In this document: one piece after another, positions 48,252 through 58,048 of the stretch | How positions within the stretch are numbered: position 1 is the stretch's first letter | How the letters are laid out: each line of letters begins with the position of its first letter | NCBI GenBank assembly: GCA_964473175.1 | Contig: CAYYNN010000001.1 | Span: 408 to 64,407 of the forward strand | Length of the DNA stretch: 64,000 bases | DNA from: an uncultured Candidatus Saccharibacteria bacterium | GTDB lineage: Bacteria > Patescibacteriota > Minisyncoccia > Phycocordibacterales > UBA9973 | Direction of reading: 5' to 3' | The notes under the pieces: generated by a model | What the model saw: only the letters and a program-made list of their open reading frames with translations | The model's database searches: none | Told to the model about the DNA's origin: nothing | Position numbers and translations under genes: made by a program

Positions 48252-49241
48252 TTAAAACAACGGTCGCGGAGCATAGCTCGCAGGCGCTTCGTTGATATAT
48301 TTCTGTATTTTGTCGGCGGTAAGGAGTCCTTCTTGTGCACCAACATACTGTACGACTGACATAGAGTTGATTGGTCCCCATATGAGTGCTTCTGAAAGTG
48401 ACTTGCCCAGCAGTAGTGCCACAGACACAGTGGATGCAAATGCGTCTCCTGCACCAGTTCGTTCGTATGGATCATGTGGGTAGACCGGCATAAACCATGC
48501 TTCGACTCCATCAGACGCATATGCACCGTTGATACCATCGGTGATGACGACTATGTTTGGGCCGAGTGCATGGAGTGCTTTCATAAGCATCGGGATTTCT
48601 TTTTCATTAGTCTTGAGAATAAGCTTTGCTTCTTCGAGATTACAGAAAAATGCGTAACATTGTTGATAGATATCTTTGACAACCTCAGTACCAAGTTTGA
48701 TCTGGAATGTTCCTGGTTGGAATACCAACTTCATTTCGGGATGTGCACTACAATAGGCCGCAATTTCTTGGTGGTACTTTTCAGTGTGATCACCGAGGGA
48801 TGAGAGGTACATCATTTTTGGCGCAACGGGCACGTTGGGCATCAATACAGGAAATGCAGCATGTTTGACCAAGATAGTTCGTTCTACGCCATACCATAGG
48901 ACATAGTGGTAGTTCGTCGGGATACCTTCGTGTGCGTACACATAATGTGTGTCAACATTATTTCTCTGCAGCTCAACGATAGCTTCATCGCCATGCGTGT
49001 CCTTGCCGAGATGGGTGAGGAGAGATGCTTTGACACCGAGACGTGCAGCCGACACTGCAGCATTCGCAGAGTTGCCGACGGCGCGGATTTCTTGGACTGA
49101 TTCATAGGGAATTTTGTCGCCAAAAGAAATACAAAGTTCTTGACGCTCATGATTGATACATTCTTTAACTTCAGCTTCCTTTATGCGAATAAATGCGTCC
49201 GTCACAATGTCCCCGATGGCGAGGAAGTCAATTTGGTTTTC
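48252..49241 (-). CDS. PfkB family carbohydrate kinase (ribokinase-like)
   Basis: GG dipeptide region and the C-terminal TGAGDAF anion-hole motif. Start trimmed to MENQIDF. Confidence 0.8.
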   Translation of the reverse strand, partial: ENQIDFLAIGDIVTDAFIRIKEAEVKECINHERQELCISFGDKIPYESVQEIRAVGNSANAAVSAARLGVKASLLTHLGKDTHGDEAIVELQRNNVDTHYVYAHEGIPTNYHYVLWYGVERTILVKHAAFPVLMPNVPVAPKMMYLSSLGDHTEKYHQEIAAYCSAHPEMKLVFQPGTFQIKLGTEVVKDIYQQCYAFFCNLEEAKLILKTNEKEIPMLMKALHALGPNIVVITDGINGAYASDGVEAWFMPVYPHDPYERTGAGDAFASTVSVALLLGKSLSEALIWGPINSMSVVQYVGAQEGLLTADKIQKYINEAPASYAPRPLF

Positions 49242-49297
49242 CATATAGAGCGAATTATACATCATTTCAGAAAGTATATATATGCTACAATTGACCC

Positions 49298-50164
49298 ATG
49301 AAAACCCTCCGTGAGTACATCGCCGAAGCTCAAGAGAAAAAGGTCGCTATCGGTCACTTCAATTTCTCAAATATCGAAGGCCTCTATGCTATTGCGCGCG
49401 CTGCAAAAACGCTCGGAGTACCAGTAATTGCCGGACTTTCAGAAGGTGAACAAGAAGCAGTCGGTACACACCAAGCAGTTGCTCTCGTTCGTACTATCAG
49501 AGAACACTGGAACATTCCGATATTTCTAAACGCTGATCATCACTACTCATTTGCAACAGTTAAAGACGCTATTGATGCAGGGTTTGATAGTGTTATTTTT
49601 GACGGCGCAGCGCATCCTATCGAAGAAAATATTGCCATCTCAAAACAATGCGTAGAGTACGCACGACAAGTTACCTCGGAAACAGGTAGGGATGTATTTG
49701 TTGAAATCGAACTTGGATATATCGGAGAAGGCTCAAAAATGCGTGACAGTGCACCAGAAGGTGTTGCATATCTGACGAGTGCATCAGAGGCAAAGCATTT
49801 TATGGATACTACCGGCGCGGACGCGCTTGCTCCTGCAGTAGGGACATTTCACGGTATGTTGAAGACTGGACCAAAGCCACGACTCAACATCCAATGTATA
49901 CAAGACATAGGTACAGCGCTTGCTATACCACTCGTTCTCCATGGTGGAAGTGGGAACGAAGCAGATTTTGTAGCTGCAATAGATGCTGGTATCACTATTG
50001 TTCACGTCAACACCGAACTCCGTCGCGCATATACGCAAGCCCTCAAAGACTATTTGGTGAAAAACCCAGATGATATTGCTCCATACAAATATGGAAGCAA
50101 TGCATCTCTTGCGATGGAAGCAGTTGTAGCAGAGAAGCTCAAGATTTTTAATAAAATAGCATAA
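49298..50164 (+). CDS. fba: Class II fructose/ketose-bisphosphate aldolase
   Basis: HFNFSN N-terminus. His metal ligands (DHH, LHGGSG). Confidence 0.9.
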   Translation: MKTLREYIAEAQEKKVAIGHFNFSNIEGLYAIARAAKTLGVPVIAGLSEGEQEAVGTHQAVALVRTIREHWNIPIFLNADHHYSFATVKDAIDAGFDSVIFDGAAHPIEENIAISKQCVEYARQVTSETGRDVFVEIELGYIGEGSKMRDSAPEGVAYLTSASEAKHFMDTTGADALAPAVGTFHGMLKTGPKPRLNIQCIQDIGTALAIPLVLHGGSGNEADFVAAIDAGITIVHVNTELRRAYTQALKDYLVKNPDDIAPYKYGSNASLAMEAVVAEKLKIFNKIA

Positions 50165-50168
50165 TACT

Positions 50169-51848
50169 ATGGAACTATTTCTCGAAGAATTAAAAAAAAC
50201 ATTTAAGGGCGATATTGCAACAGACACTGCAAGTCTGGACAAGGCGTCACGCGACGCAAGTCTTTTTGAAATGAGACCAACTGTTGTTGTTTTCCCCAAA
50301 GACAGCGCTGATGTGCAGTCGCTCGTCAAACTCGTTGCTGAAAAAAAGATAACAGACCCTACACTTTCTGTGACTGTCCGTGCAGCAGGGACATGTATGA
50401 GCGGAGGACCACTCAATGAATCGATCATTATGGACACTACTCGATATATGGCAGGCACACTTGTAGTCAATGCATCTGAAAAATGGGCAAAAGTATTGCC
50501 AGGAACATACTATCGAGATTTTGATGTTGAAACCAAAAAAGCTGGACTCATCATGCCTGCATACACTGCCTCACGGGAACTCTGTACTGTCGGCGGTATG
50601 GTCGCAAACAATTCAGGAGGTGAGAAATCTATTCAATACGGTAAAACTGAGAATTATATACGAGAACTCAAGGTAGTGTTTCGTGATGGCTATGAGTACA
50701 CCGTGCGGCCAATGACACGCAAAGAACTCATGGTAAAGATAGCTGAGGTTGGGTTTGAAGCAGATATGTACAAGGCGCTCTACAAACTAATCACCGAAAA
50801 CACCAAGACGATCATGAGCGCAAAGCCTGATGTGAGCAAAAACTCAGCAGGGTATTATTTGTGGAATGTGTGGGATCCGGCAACAGAGATGTTTGATCTA
50901 TGTAAATTGATCGTGGGAAGTCAGGGGACACTTGGTATTGTTACTGAAATAACATTCAACCTTGTTCCGGTCAAAAAGTTCTCAACGCTGTGTGTTGTCT
51001 TTCTCAAAGATATGAGCAATATTGGCAAGATAGTAAACGTTGCACTCACGCAGCACCCAGAAAGTATTGAAAGTTATGATGACAACACATTAAAAGTTGC
51101 CGTAAAATTCTTTGGGGATTTTTTGAAAAAGAAAAAGATCATCGGTATGATCAAGTTTATGTTCTCGTTTCTTCCTGAGTTTTTCATGACGCTGGCTGGA
51201 GGAATCCCAAAGATGGTGTTACTGATTGAATTTGCGGGCAATGATTTTGATGAAATAGAAGCAAAAGCATTGTCGTTATCTCGAGTACTCAAGGATCAGT
51301 TCAAGGTCTTGACACATGTCACGCACTCAGAAGCTGAAGAAAGTAAATATTGGGATGTGCGACATGAAAGTTTCAATTTACTCCGCAAGCATGTCAGCGG
51401 CAAGCACACCGCCCCGTTCATCGATGACTTTGTTGTCAAACCAGAATTTCTGCCAGAGTTTTTACCAAAACTTGATACCATTTTGAAAAAATACGATCTG
51501 ACCTACACGATTGCAGGACATCCAGGAGATGGGAACTTCCACATTATTCCGTTGATGGATCTCAAGAATCCGAAGACTCGGGATATTATCCTCACACTTT
51601 CTGATGAAGTGTATGATCTTGTATTAGAATACCGAGGATCTATTACTGCCGAGCACAACGACGGCATTATCCGAAGTTCGTATCTCGAAAAACAATATGG
51701 GTCTATTGTTACTGATTTATTCAAAGAAACAAAAGATATATTTGACCCAAAAGGAATGTTTAATCCGCACAAAAAAGTAGGTGTCACCAAGGATGATATC
51801 GCCAAATATCTCAGCAAGGGGGATTATGGAGAGGCAACCAAGAAATAG
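50169..51848 (+). CDS. FAD-binding oxidoreductase (GlcD/D-lactate dehydrogenase-like FAD-linked oxidase)
   Basis: FAD_binding_4-type N-terminal domain (VVFPKDSADVQSLVKLV, GGGMVANNSGGEKS) and a C-terminal FAD-oxidase_C domain. Confidence 0.8.
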   Translation: MELFLEELKKTFKGDIATDTASLDKASRDASLFEMRPTVVVFPKDSADVQSLVKLVAEKKITDPTLSVTVRAAGTCMSGGPLNESIIMDTTRYMAGTLVVNASEKWAKVLPGTYYRDFDVETKKAGLIMPAYTASRELCTVGGMVANNSGGEKSIQYGKTENYIRELKVVFRDGYEYTVRPMTRKELMVKIAEVGFEADMYKALYKLITENTKTIMSAKPDVSKNSAGYYLWNVWDPATEMFDLCKLIVGSQGTLGIVTEITFNLVPVKKFSTLCVVFLKDMSNIGKIVNVALTQHPESIESYDDNTLKVAVKFFGDFLKKKKIIGMIKFMFSFLPEFFMTLAGGIPKMVLLIEFAGNDFDEIEAKALSLSRVLKDQFKVLTHVTHSEAEESKYWDVRHESFNLLRKHVSGKHTAPFIDDFVVKPEFLPEFLPKLDTILKKYDLTYTIAGHPGDGNFHIIPLMDLKNPKTRDIILTLSDEVYDLVLEYRGSITAEHNDGIIRSSYLEKQYGSIVTDLFKETKDIFDPKGMFNPHKKVGVTKDDIAKYLSKGDYGEATKK

Positions 51849-51920
51849 GACATTTATACATTTTGTCAATATATCCATATATTTTACAAAAACACACTTA
51901 TTGTGTATAGTATCCCCACT

Positions 51921-52559
51921 ATGATTACATTAGCTGCAACAAAAAGAGACGCGAGCAACACTACTGCTTTGCGAACAGAAGATAAAATAGCTGCCGTTTA
52001 CTACGGTATGGGCAATGACGCAGTGTCTATCGCGGTAAATATGAAAGAGTTTACAAAAGTGCTGAAAACAGCAGGAGAAACCACCGCTGTTACACTTGAT
52101 GTTGATGGTGAAAAAGTCACCACGATGATTCATGATATGCAGCATCATCCGATCACAGGGACAGTGACCCATGTAGATTTCCTTGTTATTGATATGAAAA
52201 AAGAGATCGAAGTGGCAATTCCTATTGAATTTACCGGTCTCGCTGAAGCTGAAAAAGGAAATCTTGGTACGCTTGTAAAAATGATGCATGAAGTAATGGT
52301 TCGGGCCCTCCCAAATGATCTACCAAATATGTTCACTGTTGATGTCACTACACTTGCAACACTAGATGCACAAATCCATGTAAGTGATATCGTACTTCCA
52401 AAAGGAGTGATTATGATTACCGATGGTGAAGAAGTTGTCGCTGGAATGGCTGCATTCGTAGAAGAAAAAGAAGAAGCGCCTACTGCAATCGACTTTGATG
52501 CTATCAAGGTAGAAGAAAAAGGTAAGAAAGAAGATGAGGGAGAAGCTGCAGCTGAATAA
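51921..52559 (+). CDS. rplY: 50S ribosomal protein L25 (general stress protein Ctc form) with acidic C-terminal tail
   Basis: L25 N-terminal beta-barrel (ATKRD ... AVYYG) and a Ctc C-domain. Start trimmed from the ORF-track 51903. Confidence 0.85.
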   Translation: MITLAATKRDASNTTALRTEDKIAAVYYGMGNDAVSIAVNMKEFTKVLKTAGETTAVTLDVDGEKVTTMIHDMQHHPITGTVTHVDFLVIDMKKEIEVAIPIEFTGLAEAEKGNLGTLVKMMHEVMVRALPNDLPNMFTVDVTTLATLDAQIHVSDIVLPKGVIMITDGEEVVAGMAAFVEEKEEAPTAIDFDAIKVEEKGKKEDEGEAAAE

Positions 52560-52608
52560 TATTCAGAAATACACAACACCCTTTTATAAAATCAATAGAT
52601 TTCAATGT

Positions 52609-52634
52609 AAGACTCCTGGTATACTAGGAGTCTT
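52609..52634 (+). promoter_or_regulatory. stable hairpin (9-11 bp) whose 3' arm contains the AGGAG Shine-Dalgarno of the downstream gene
   Basis: aagactcct-ggtatact-aggagtctt. The ATG lies at 52641. The hairpin may double as the rplY terminator. Confidence 0.5.
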
Positions 52635-52640
52635 ATTGTT

Positions 52641-54038
52641 ATGCAGAAGAAAACAAATTCGAAAATATTTCAAAAGATACTAGCCGCGACAATAGTAATG
52701 CTCACTGTCGCATCATGTTTTTTCTCCTATGTGCCAACTGTTACCGCAGCTGAGGCACAACCTGCAGTATGTGCGAACCCTACATCAGAAGATATTGCTC
52801 AAGCATGCCGGGATTTTGCGACTGAAAGTGTTAAACTCAAAGAACTACAAACACAACTCGCAACACAAAAATCAAAAAGTGGGGCACTTCAGACAAATGT
52901 AAATGCGATTATTTCTCAGATTAACTCAACTCAGAACAAGATTAAGGACAAAATCTCTTCTATTGGACTACTCTCTCAACAAATTGGCGAAAAGCAAAAA
53001 GCAATCACGAGCCTTTCGAGTGAGCTCGATCGTGAGCATGCATCAATGCAACAACTTATTAAACGAACAAATGAAATAGATCAAAAAGGTGCAGCGTTTG
53101 TTGTGTTGTCGGCCCAAACCGTTACTGATTTTTATCAAGATTTAGATGATTTCCTTGCTGTTAAAAAATCCTTGTATTCATCACTAGATAAAATAAAAAA
53201 TATACGCTCATCTACACAACTACAAAAGAACCAATTAGAAGATAAACAATCGCAAGCCAAAGATGCAAAAAATGCACTGGAGAGTGAGAAAAGTAAACTT
53301 GCAACAAATCAAAAAGATGCAAAAGTACTCCTTGATACGAGTAAAACAGAAGAGCAGCGTGTAGCATCTACTGTTGCCGAACAGCAAAAGAAAGTTGCAG
53401 CAATTCAAAGTAAACTCTTTAGTTTTGCTGGAGGAGCAACAAAAGCTATCCAGTTCAAGGATGCGTATGTGTACGCTCAAGAAGCGTCAGCAGCTACAGG
53501 TGTTCGTCCTGCACTTATATTGGCCATCTTGACCCAAGAATCAAACCTTGGAGCAAACGTCGGTACCTGTAATCGAGCGGGAGATCCACCATCAAAGAGT
53601 TGGGTAAATGTTATGCACCCTACGCGAGACCAACCGGCATTTAAGCGAATAACTAGTGCGCTTGGTATTGACCCAAACACAACACCAGTATCGTGTCCGT
53701 ACGGCGGAGGATATGGAGGAGCTATGGGGCCTTCACAGTTCATCCCTTCAACATGGGAAATGTATCAAGGGAAGGTTGCTGTAGCGCTTGGAAAACCATC
53801 GGCAAACCCCTGGATTGCACGAGATGCTATTATGGCTACAGGAATGCTTATGAAGGCAAATGGAGCTGTAGGAGGGGAGGCAGGTGAGCGTAATGCGGCT
53901 TGTCGATACTATTCGGGTCGGTCTTGTGACGGCAAGAAGCCTCTTAATAGTTTCTACGGAAACTCAGTTATGGCACTTGCTCGTACCGTGCAGTCAGATA
54001 TTGACTATCTCGTACAATATGGTGTTTCCAGAAGGTAG
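52641..54038 (+). CDS. secreted coiled-coil protein with C-terminal lytic transglycosylase (SLT/lysozyme-like) domain
   Basis: Signal peptide. About 250 aa of coiled coil, as in the EnvC or M23 N-terminal regions. C-terminal TQESNLG ... AMGPSQFIPSTW matches the SLT catalytic Glu and GxMQ..P.T motifs. Confidence 0.65.
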   Translation: MQKKTNSKIFQKILAATIVMLTVASCFFSYVPTVTAAEAQPAVCANPTSEDIAQACRDFATESVKLKELQTQLATQKSKSGALQTNVNAIISQINSTQNKIKDKISSIGLLSQQIGEKQKAITSLSSELDREHASMQQLIKRTNEIDQKGAAFVVLSAQTVTDFYQDLDDFLAVKKSLYSSLDKIKNIRSSTQLQKNQLEDKQSQAKDAKNALESEKSKLATNQKDAKVLLDTSKTEEQRVASTVAEQQKKVAAIQSKLFSFAGGATKAIQFKDAYVYAQEASAATGVRPALILAILTQESNLGANVGTCNRAGDPPSKSWVNVMHPTRDQPAFKRITSALGIDPNTTPVSCPYGGGYGGAMGPSQFIPSTWEMYQGKVAVALGKPSANPWIARDAIMATGMLMKANGAVGGEAGERNAACRYYSGRSCDGKKPLNSFYGNSVMALARTVQSDIDYLVQYGVSRR

Positions 54039-54103
54039 TATATCGAGAAAACCGATTGATTGGAGGGCTTGAGAAATAAAAAGCTTGTGCTATACTAACA
54101 GCC

Positions 54104-54355
54104 ATGAAAAAAGACATTCACCCAAAGAATTTCCGCGACGTCGTCTTTGTCGACAACTCTTCAGACGCACAGTTTTTGATCGGTTCTACAGTCAAAACTA
54201 CTGAAAAGACTACTTATAACGGCAAAGAGTACGATTTGTATCGTGTTGAAATCTCAAGCGCATCACATCCGTTTTATACCGGTAACGAAAAGGTTATCGA
54301 CACTGCTGGACGTGTAGATCGTTTCAAAAAGCGAGCTGCAGCTGCAAAAAAGTAA
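54104..54355 (+). CDS. rpmE: 50S ribosomal protein L31 (type B, no Zn-ribbon cysteines)
   Basis: MKKDIHPK N-terminus and the HPFYTG motif. No CxxC pairs. Confidence 0.9.
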   Translation: MKKDIHPKNFRDVVFVDNSSDAQFLIGSTVKTTEKTTYNGKEYDLYRVEISSASHPFYTGNEKVIDTAGRVDRFKKRAAAAKK

Positions 54356-54372
54356 TGCACAGTCGCCTTACC

Positions 54373-54440
54373 GGGCACAACTATTTTCTTCGAAAACTTG
54401 AGCAATGCTCTCAAACAGTTCTCCGAAAATAATTGTGCCC
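54373..54440. repeat. 68-nt imperfect palindromic element (16-bp outer stem, 1 mismatch) between rpmE and prfA
   Basis: gggcacaactattttc ... gaaaataattgtgccc. Its internal sequence ggagaactgtttgag (on the reverse strand here) is shared with a second element downstream of prfA. Confidence 0.7.
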
Positions 54441-54462
54441 GTTTCGGCGTGTAACTGATCAT

Positions 54463-55398
54463 ATGGATATAGAAACATTAAAAAAGAATCCAAAGACGCA
54501 ATACATCGCCTCAGAATACGAGCGTCTTTTGAAACAAGAAGATGAGGTCAATGCGATGATTGCCAGTGATGCATCAATGACCGATATCGCAGCCGAAGAA
54601 CTCGCATCTCTCGCTGTGCAAAAATCAGCACTTGAGGATCAAATCAAGGCAATAGAAGATGGTGAAAAAGAGGAGGAAGAGTTCCCCAATGAAATCATTC
54701 TCGAAGCTCGCGCAGGTGCAGGCGGAGATGAGGCATCACTTTTCGCCACAGAACTCATCGCTATGTATGAACGTTTTTCAGAAACACGTAAATGGTCCGC
54801 AAAACATCTTGATGAATACACACTTGAGATCAAAGGGAAAGATGTTTATAAGCTTATGCGTTTTGAGACAGGGGTCCATCGCGTGCAACGTGTGCCAGTA
54901 ACTGAAAAGAATGGGCGCATCCACACGTCGACTGCATCAATCGCAATTTTACCTATCCGCAAGAAAGTAAAGTTTGAGATCAACCCCGTTGATCTTGATA
55001 TGGAATACTCACGTTCAGGGGGAGCAGGAGGGCAGAACGTCAACAAAGTCGAGACCGCGGTACGACTAATCCATCGACCAACCGGTATCGATGTACGTTC
55101 CACGAGCGAGCGTAGTCAGCTCGCCAACCGCGAGAAGGCACTCATGATCCTCACCGCAAAACTCCAAGCGCTCAAAGAAGAAGAAGAAGCTCAGAAATAC
55201 TCCGGTGATCGCAAAAACCAGATCGGAACTGCAGATCGTAGTGAAAAGATCCGCACCTACAACTTCCCACAAGACCGCGTCACTGACCACCGCATCCGTC
55301 AGAACTTCTCTAACATCGAAGGTATTATGTTGGGCAAGATAGACAAGATCATTGATGCAATGCAGGTGGGAGAAGTCGGGGAGGCTGAAGAGGAATAA
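54463..55398 (+). CDS. prfA: Peptide chain release factor 1
   Basis: PVT tripeptide (RVQRVPVTE) and the GGQ motif ([14 protein letters not shown]). Start trimmed to MDIETL. Confidence 0.9.
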   Translation: MDIETLKKNPKTQYIASEYERLLKQEDEVNAMIASDASMTDIAAEELASLAVQKSALEDQIKAIEDGEKEEEEFPNEIILEARAGAGGDEASLFATELIAMYERFSETRKWSAKHLDEYTLEIKGKDVYKLMRFETGVHRVQRVPVTEKNGRIHTSTASIAILPIRKKVKFEINPVDLDMEYSRSGGAGGQNVNKVETAVRLIHRPTGIDVRSTSERSQLANREKALMILTAKLQALKEEEEAQKYSGDRKNQIGTADRSEKIRTYNFPQDRVTDHRIRQNFSNIEGIMLGKIDKIIDAMQVGEVGEAEEE

Positions 55399-55411
55399 TC
55401 GAGCGAGAAGT

Positions 55412-55463
55412 AATTATTTTTGGAGAACTGTTTGAGCAAGGCGAGTTTTCGGAAAAAATAATT
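55412..55463. repeat. second copy of the palindromic element (related to 54373-54440) downstream of prfA
   Basis: aattattttt-ggagaactgtttgag ... ttttcggaaaaaataatt. Shares the 15-nt core ggagaactgtttgag and the aaaataattgt arm with the upstream element (reverse complement there). Confidence 0.6.
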
Positions 55464-55488
55464 GTTTCGAGTAAAGATTATTCCAAGC

Positions 55489-55516
55489 TTGAAAAACATT
55501 GAAAATTTGGTATAGT
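55489..55516 (+). promoter_or_regulatory. putative sigma70-type promoter for tRNA-Ile (-35 TTGAAA, 16-nt spacer, -10 TATAGT)
   Basis: Hexamers at 55489-55494 and 55511-55516. The tRNA starts at 55528. Confidence 0.45.
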
Positions 55517-55527
55517 AATGCCACCAC

Positions 55528-55599
55528 GCGTGTATAGTTCAGTGGTAGAACGCTGTCCTGATAAGACAGAGGTCCATGGTTCGATTCCATGTACACGCA
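55528..55599 (+). tRNA. tRNA-Ile (anticodon GAT)
   Basis: Cloverleaf: GCGTGTA acceptor, GTTC/GAAC D-stem, CTGTC-CTGATAA-GACAG anticodon arm, CATGG-TTCGATT-CCATG T-arm. No encoded CCA. Confidence 0.85.
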
Positions 55600-55601
55600 C
55601 T

Positions 55602-55871
55602 ATGAATATGGAAGGATTTCCACAACCACAGCCCATTGAAAAAGAACCACTTCATGTAGGTAACCTTTTAGAGGTCGGAAAAGCCTGGAAGATGGTGTTA
55701 CTTAACGAAGGAGAACCAGTATTACCAATAACAAAAGAAGCAGCAGCGTTTTATATTGAGAAGCTTGAAGAATTAAAAACTATCGCACAGAAAGAATTTG
55801 CTCCAGGAGAAAAAGAAGCATATGAAGAACGGTTGGGTGCGTATATTGAAAAGCTTAAACAGGTTGCATAG
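55602..55871 (+). CDS. small hypothetical protein (89 aa)
   Basis: ORF trimmed from track ORF 55518-55871, whose 5' part overlaps the tRNA. Met at 55602. Confidence 0.35.
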   Translation: MNMEGFPQPQPIEKEPLHVGNLLEVGKAWKMVLLNEGEPVLPITKEAAAFYIEKLEELKTIAQKEFAPGEKEAYEERLGAYIEKLKQVA

Positions 55872-55874
55872 CCT

Positions 55875-56570
55875 ATGATACTCAGCGTTGTCGCAACTCC
55901 TATAGGTAACCTCGCAGACTGCTCACCGCGCGCACGAGAGGTCCTTACACAGGCAACGCTCATAGTTGCAGAGGATACACGTACAACAGGGCAATTGCTC
56001 AAGCTTTTAGGGATTGGAGGAGAGAGAAAGGAGTATGTGTCCAGTCATGCACAATCGAGCGATACAGCACTTGCCAGGGCCCTGGAGCGCTGTAGTGAAC
56101 ACGAATACATCACACTGGTCACTGATGCGGGAACGCCAGCAATATCTGATCCCGGATCGCTGTTTATAGATCAATTTCGTACGATGTATCCAGATGCAAC
56201 TGTTGTGCCTATTCCAGGACCTGCTGCGGTGGTATCAGCATTATCAGTGAGCGGATTTCCAGGTAGTCATTTTGAATTCTTGGGATTTCTTCCTCATAAA
56301 AAAGGACGACAAACGCTGTTTGAGAAAATAAAAAGTACAGAACATACAGTCCTACTCTATGAATCTCCGCATCGTATACTCAAGACCTTGGAGTCACTCA
56401 AAGATTCCCTCGGTGAGCGCCAGATCATGGTTGGGCGTGAGATGACCAAAACGTTTGAGGAGTACCCCAGAGGTACGTCAGCTGAGATGCTTGAGTACTA
56501 TATGGCACACCCAGACAAGGTGCGAGGCGAGTTTGTGGTCGTTATCGCACCCCTCTATCATCGCGCGTAA
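55875..56570 (+). CDS. rsmI: 16S rRNA (cytidine1402-2'-O)-methyltransferase RsmI
   Basis: Tetrapyrrole-methylase fold motifs (VATPIGNLAD, EDTR, TDAGTPAISDPG). Confidence 0.9.
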   Translation: MILSVVATPIGNLADCSPRAREVLTQATLIVAEDTRTTGQLLKLLGIGGERKEYVSSHAQSSDTALARALERCSEHEYITLVTDAGTPAISDPGSLFIDQFRTMYPDATVVPIPGPAAVVSALSVSGFPGSHFEFLGFLPHKKGRQTLFEKIKSTEHTVLLYESPHRILKTLESLKDSLGERQIMVGREMTKTFEEYPRGTSAEMLEYYMAHPDKVRGEFVVVIAPLYHRA

Positions 56571-56590
56571 AAGTTTGGTAAAATAGGTCT

Positions 56591-56812
56591 ATGATAGCTA
56601 GACTTCGTGCAGTATTATGGATCGGAATTGTACTGTTGTTTGTGCCATTTTTAGGTGTACCAGATTGGCTCCGAACCATAGTAATAATAACGATTGGTGT
56701 CGTACTTATTTACATCTTTTATACACTTAGACGTTCCTATAAAAAACTGAAATTTGAACTTCGACAAGGCGTAAGTGCTCCAGTAGAAAACTCATCAATT
56801 ATTCATGGATAA
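56591..56812 (+). CDS. small membrane protein (73 aa)
   Basis: Two TM helices. ORF only. Confidence 0.3.
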   Translation: MIARLRAVLWIGIVLLFVPFLGVPDWLRTIVIITIGVVLIYIFYTLRRSYKKLKFELRQGVSAPVENSSIIHG

Positions 56813-58037
56813 CGATACTCATACAACCCCCGTTCATATTACAAAAGGGATAAGAATATTTATCGGACTTGTTTTTGTAACAGGTGTATTTTTTGGCGGT
56901 GTGTATGTCGGCTACGCCAATCGATCTGCTACAGATAAGGTTGTGAGCGTTATTAACAAAGAGGCAGCGGTTACTGATACCACAGATTTTAATACATTTT
57001 GGAAGGCATGGTCTATTCTTGATGAAAAATTTGCAGATGCAGATAAGACATCTGCCCAAGACCGCATGTACGGGGCGATCAAAGGAATGCTCGGTTCATT
57101 TAATGATCCTTATACAACCTTTTTCCCACCAGCTGAAAATAAGGTATTTCAAAGTGAAATTGCCGGTACCTTTGATGGTATCGGAATAGAAATTGGTGAA
57201 AAAGATGACGTACTAACGGTCATCGCTCCACTCAAAGATACACCTGCAGACAAGGCAGGCATCAAGGCCGGGGATAAAATCGTAGCCATAGGAGAAACTA
57301 CAACGAACAATTTAACTATTGATAAAGCTATTGATCTTATTCGCGGCAAGGCGGGTACAACGATTAATCTCACTATTTTCCGAGAAGGTTTTGCGGCACC
57401 CAAAGTAATCCCTGTAATACGTGGACATATTGATCTCCCGACAGTTAAAACAGAAGTACGTGCTGATCAAAAAACTTTTATTATTCATTTGTACAATTTT
57501 TCAGCAAATTCTCCACAACTTTTTCATGATGCACTACAAGAATATATCGGATCTGGTTACCCCAATCTATTACTTGATTTACGAGGTAATCCTGGAGGAT
57601 ATCTCGATGCTGCGGTAACTATCGGAAGTTGGTTTATCCCTGAAGGTAAGACAATAGTTAAAGAAATTGGTAAAACACCCGATGATACAAGTGTGCACAC
57701 CAGTAAAGGGCCGTTACTTTTCCCAAATAAATCAAAGCTCATTGTTCTGGTAGACAAGGGTTCTGCTTCTGCTTCTGAGATTTTGGCAGGAGCATTATCT
57801 GAACAAAGTATCGGGCTTTTGGTAGGTGAACAAACATATGGAAAAGGGTCAGTGCAAGAAGTAATTAAATTGACGCAAGACACTGCATTAAAAGTCACTG
57901 TCGCAAAATGGTATACACCAAACGGAATATCTATCTCAGAAAAAGGGTTAACACCAACTATAAAAATTCCGTATGTCGCAAGTAAAGATGATACCGACAC
58001 CCAACTTGAAAGTGCAGTAGCATTATTTAAGAAATAA
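56805..58037 (+). CDS. ctpA: Carboxyl-terminal processing protease (S41 family, CtpA-like)
   Basis: N-terminal TM, a PDZ domain (GIKAGDKIVAI), LDLRGNPGG, and the catalytic Ser/Lys region (DKGSASASEILAGAL). Confidence 0.85.
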   Translation: MDNDTHTTPVHITKGIRIFIGLVFVTGVFFGGVYVGYANRSATDKVVSVINKEAAVTDTTDFNTFWKAWSILDEKFADADKTSAQDRMYGAIKGMLGSFNDPYTTFFPPAENKVFQSEIAGTFDGIGIEIGEKDDVLTVIAPLKDTPADKAGIKAGDKIVAIGETTTNNLTIDKAIDLIRGKAGTTINLTIFREGFAAPKVIPVIRGHIDLPTVKTEVRADQKTFIIHLYNFSANSPQLFHDALQEYIGSGYPNLLLDLRGNPGGYLDAAVTIGSWFIPEGKTIVKEIGKTPDDTSVHTSKGPLLFPNKSKLIVLVDKGSASASEILAGALSEQSIGLLVGEQTYGKGSVQEVIKLTQDTALKVTVAKWYTPNGISISEKGLTPTIKIPYVASKDDTDTQLESAVALFKK

Positions 58038-58048
58038 ATCACCACTAT

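Noticed and set aside
54433-54462. Longer prfA start ([10 protein letters not shown]...) from the ORF track
   Set aside because: The extension lies inside the 3' arm of the palindromic element. Release factor 1 homologues begin around the MDIETL position.
55518-55601. 5' part of track ORF 55518-55871 (MPPRVYSSVVERCPDKTEVHGSIPCTRT...)
   Set aside because: This stretch is the tRNA-Ile gene read in a protein frame. The CDS was trimmed to the Met at 55602.
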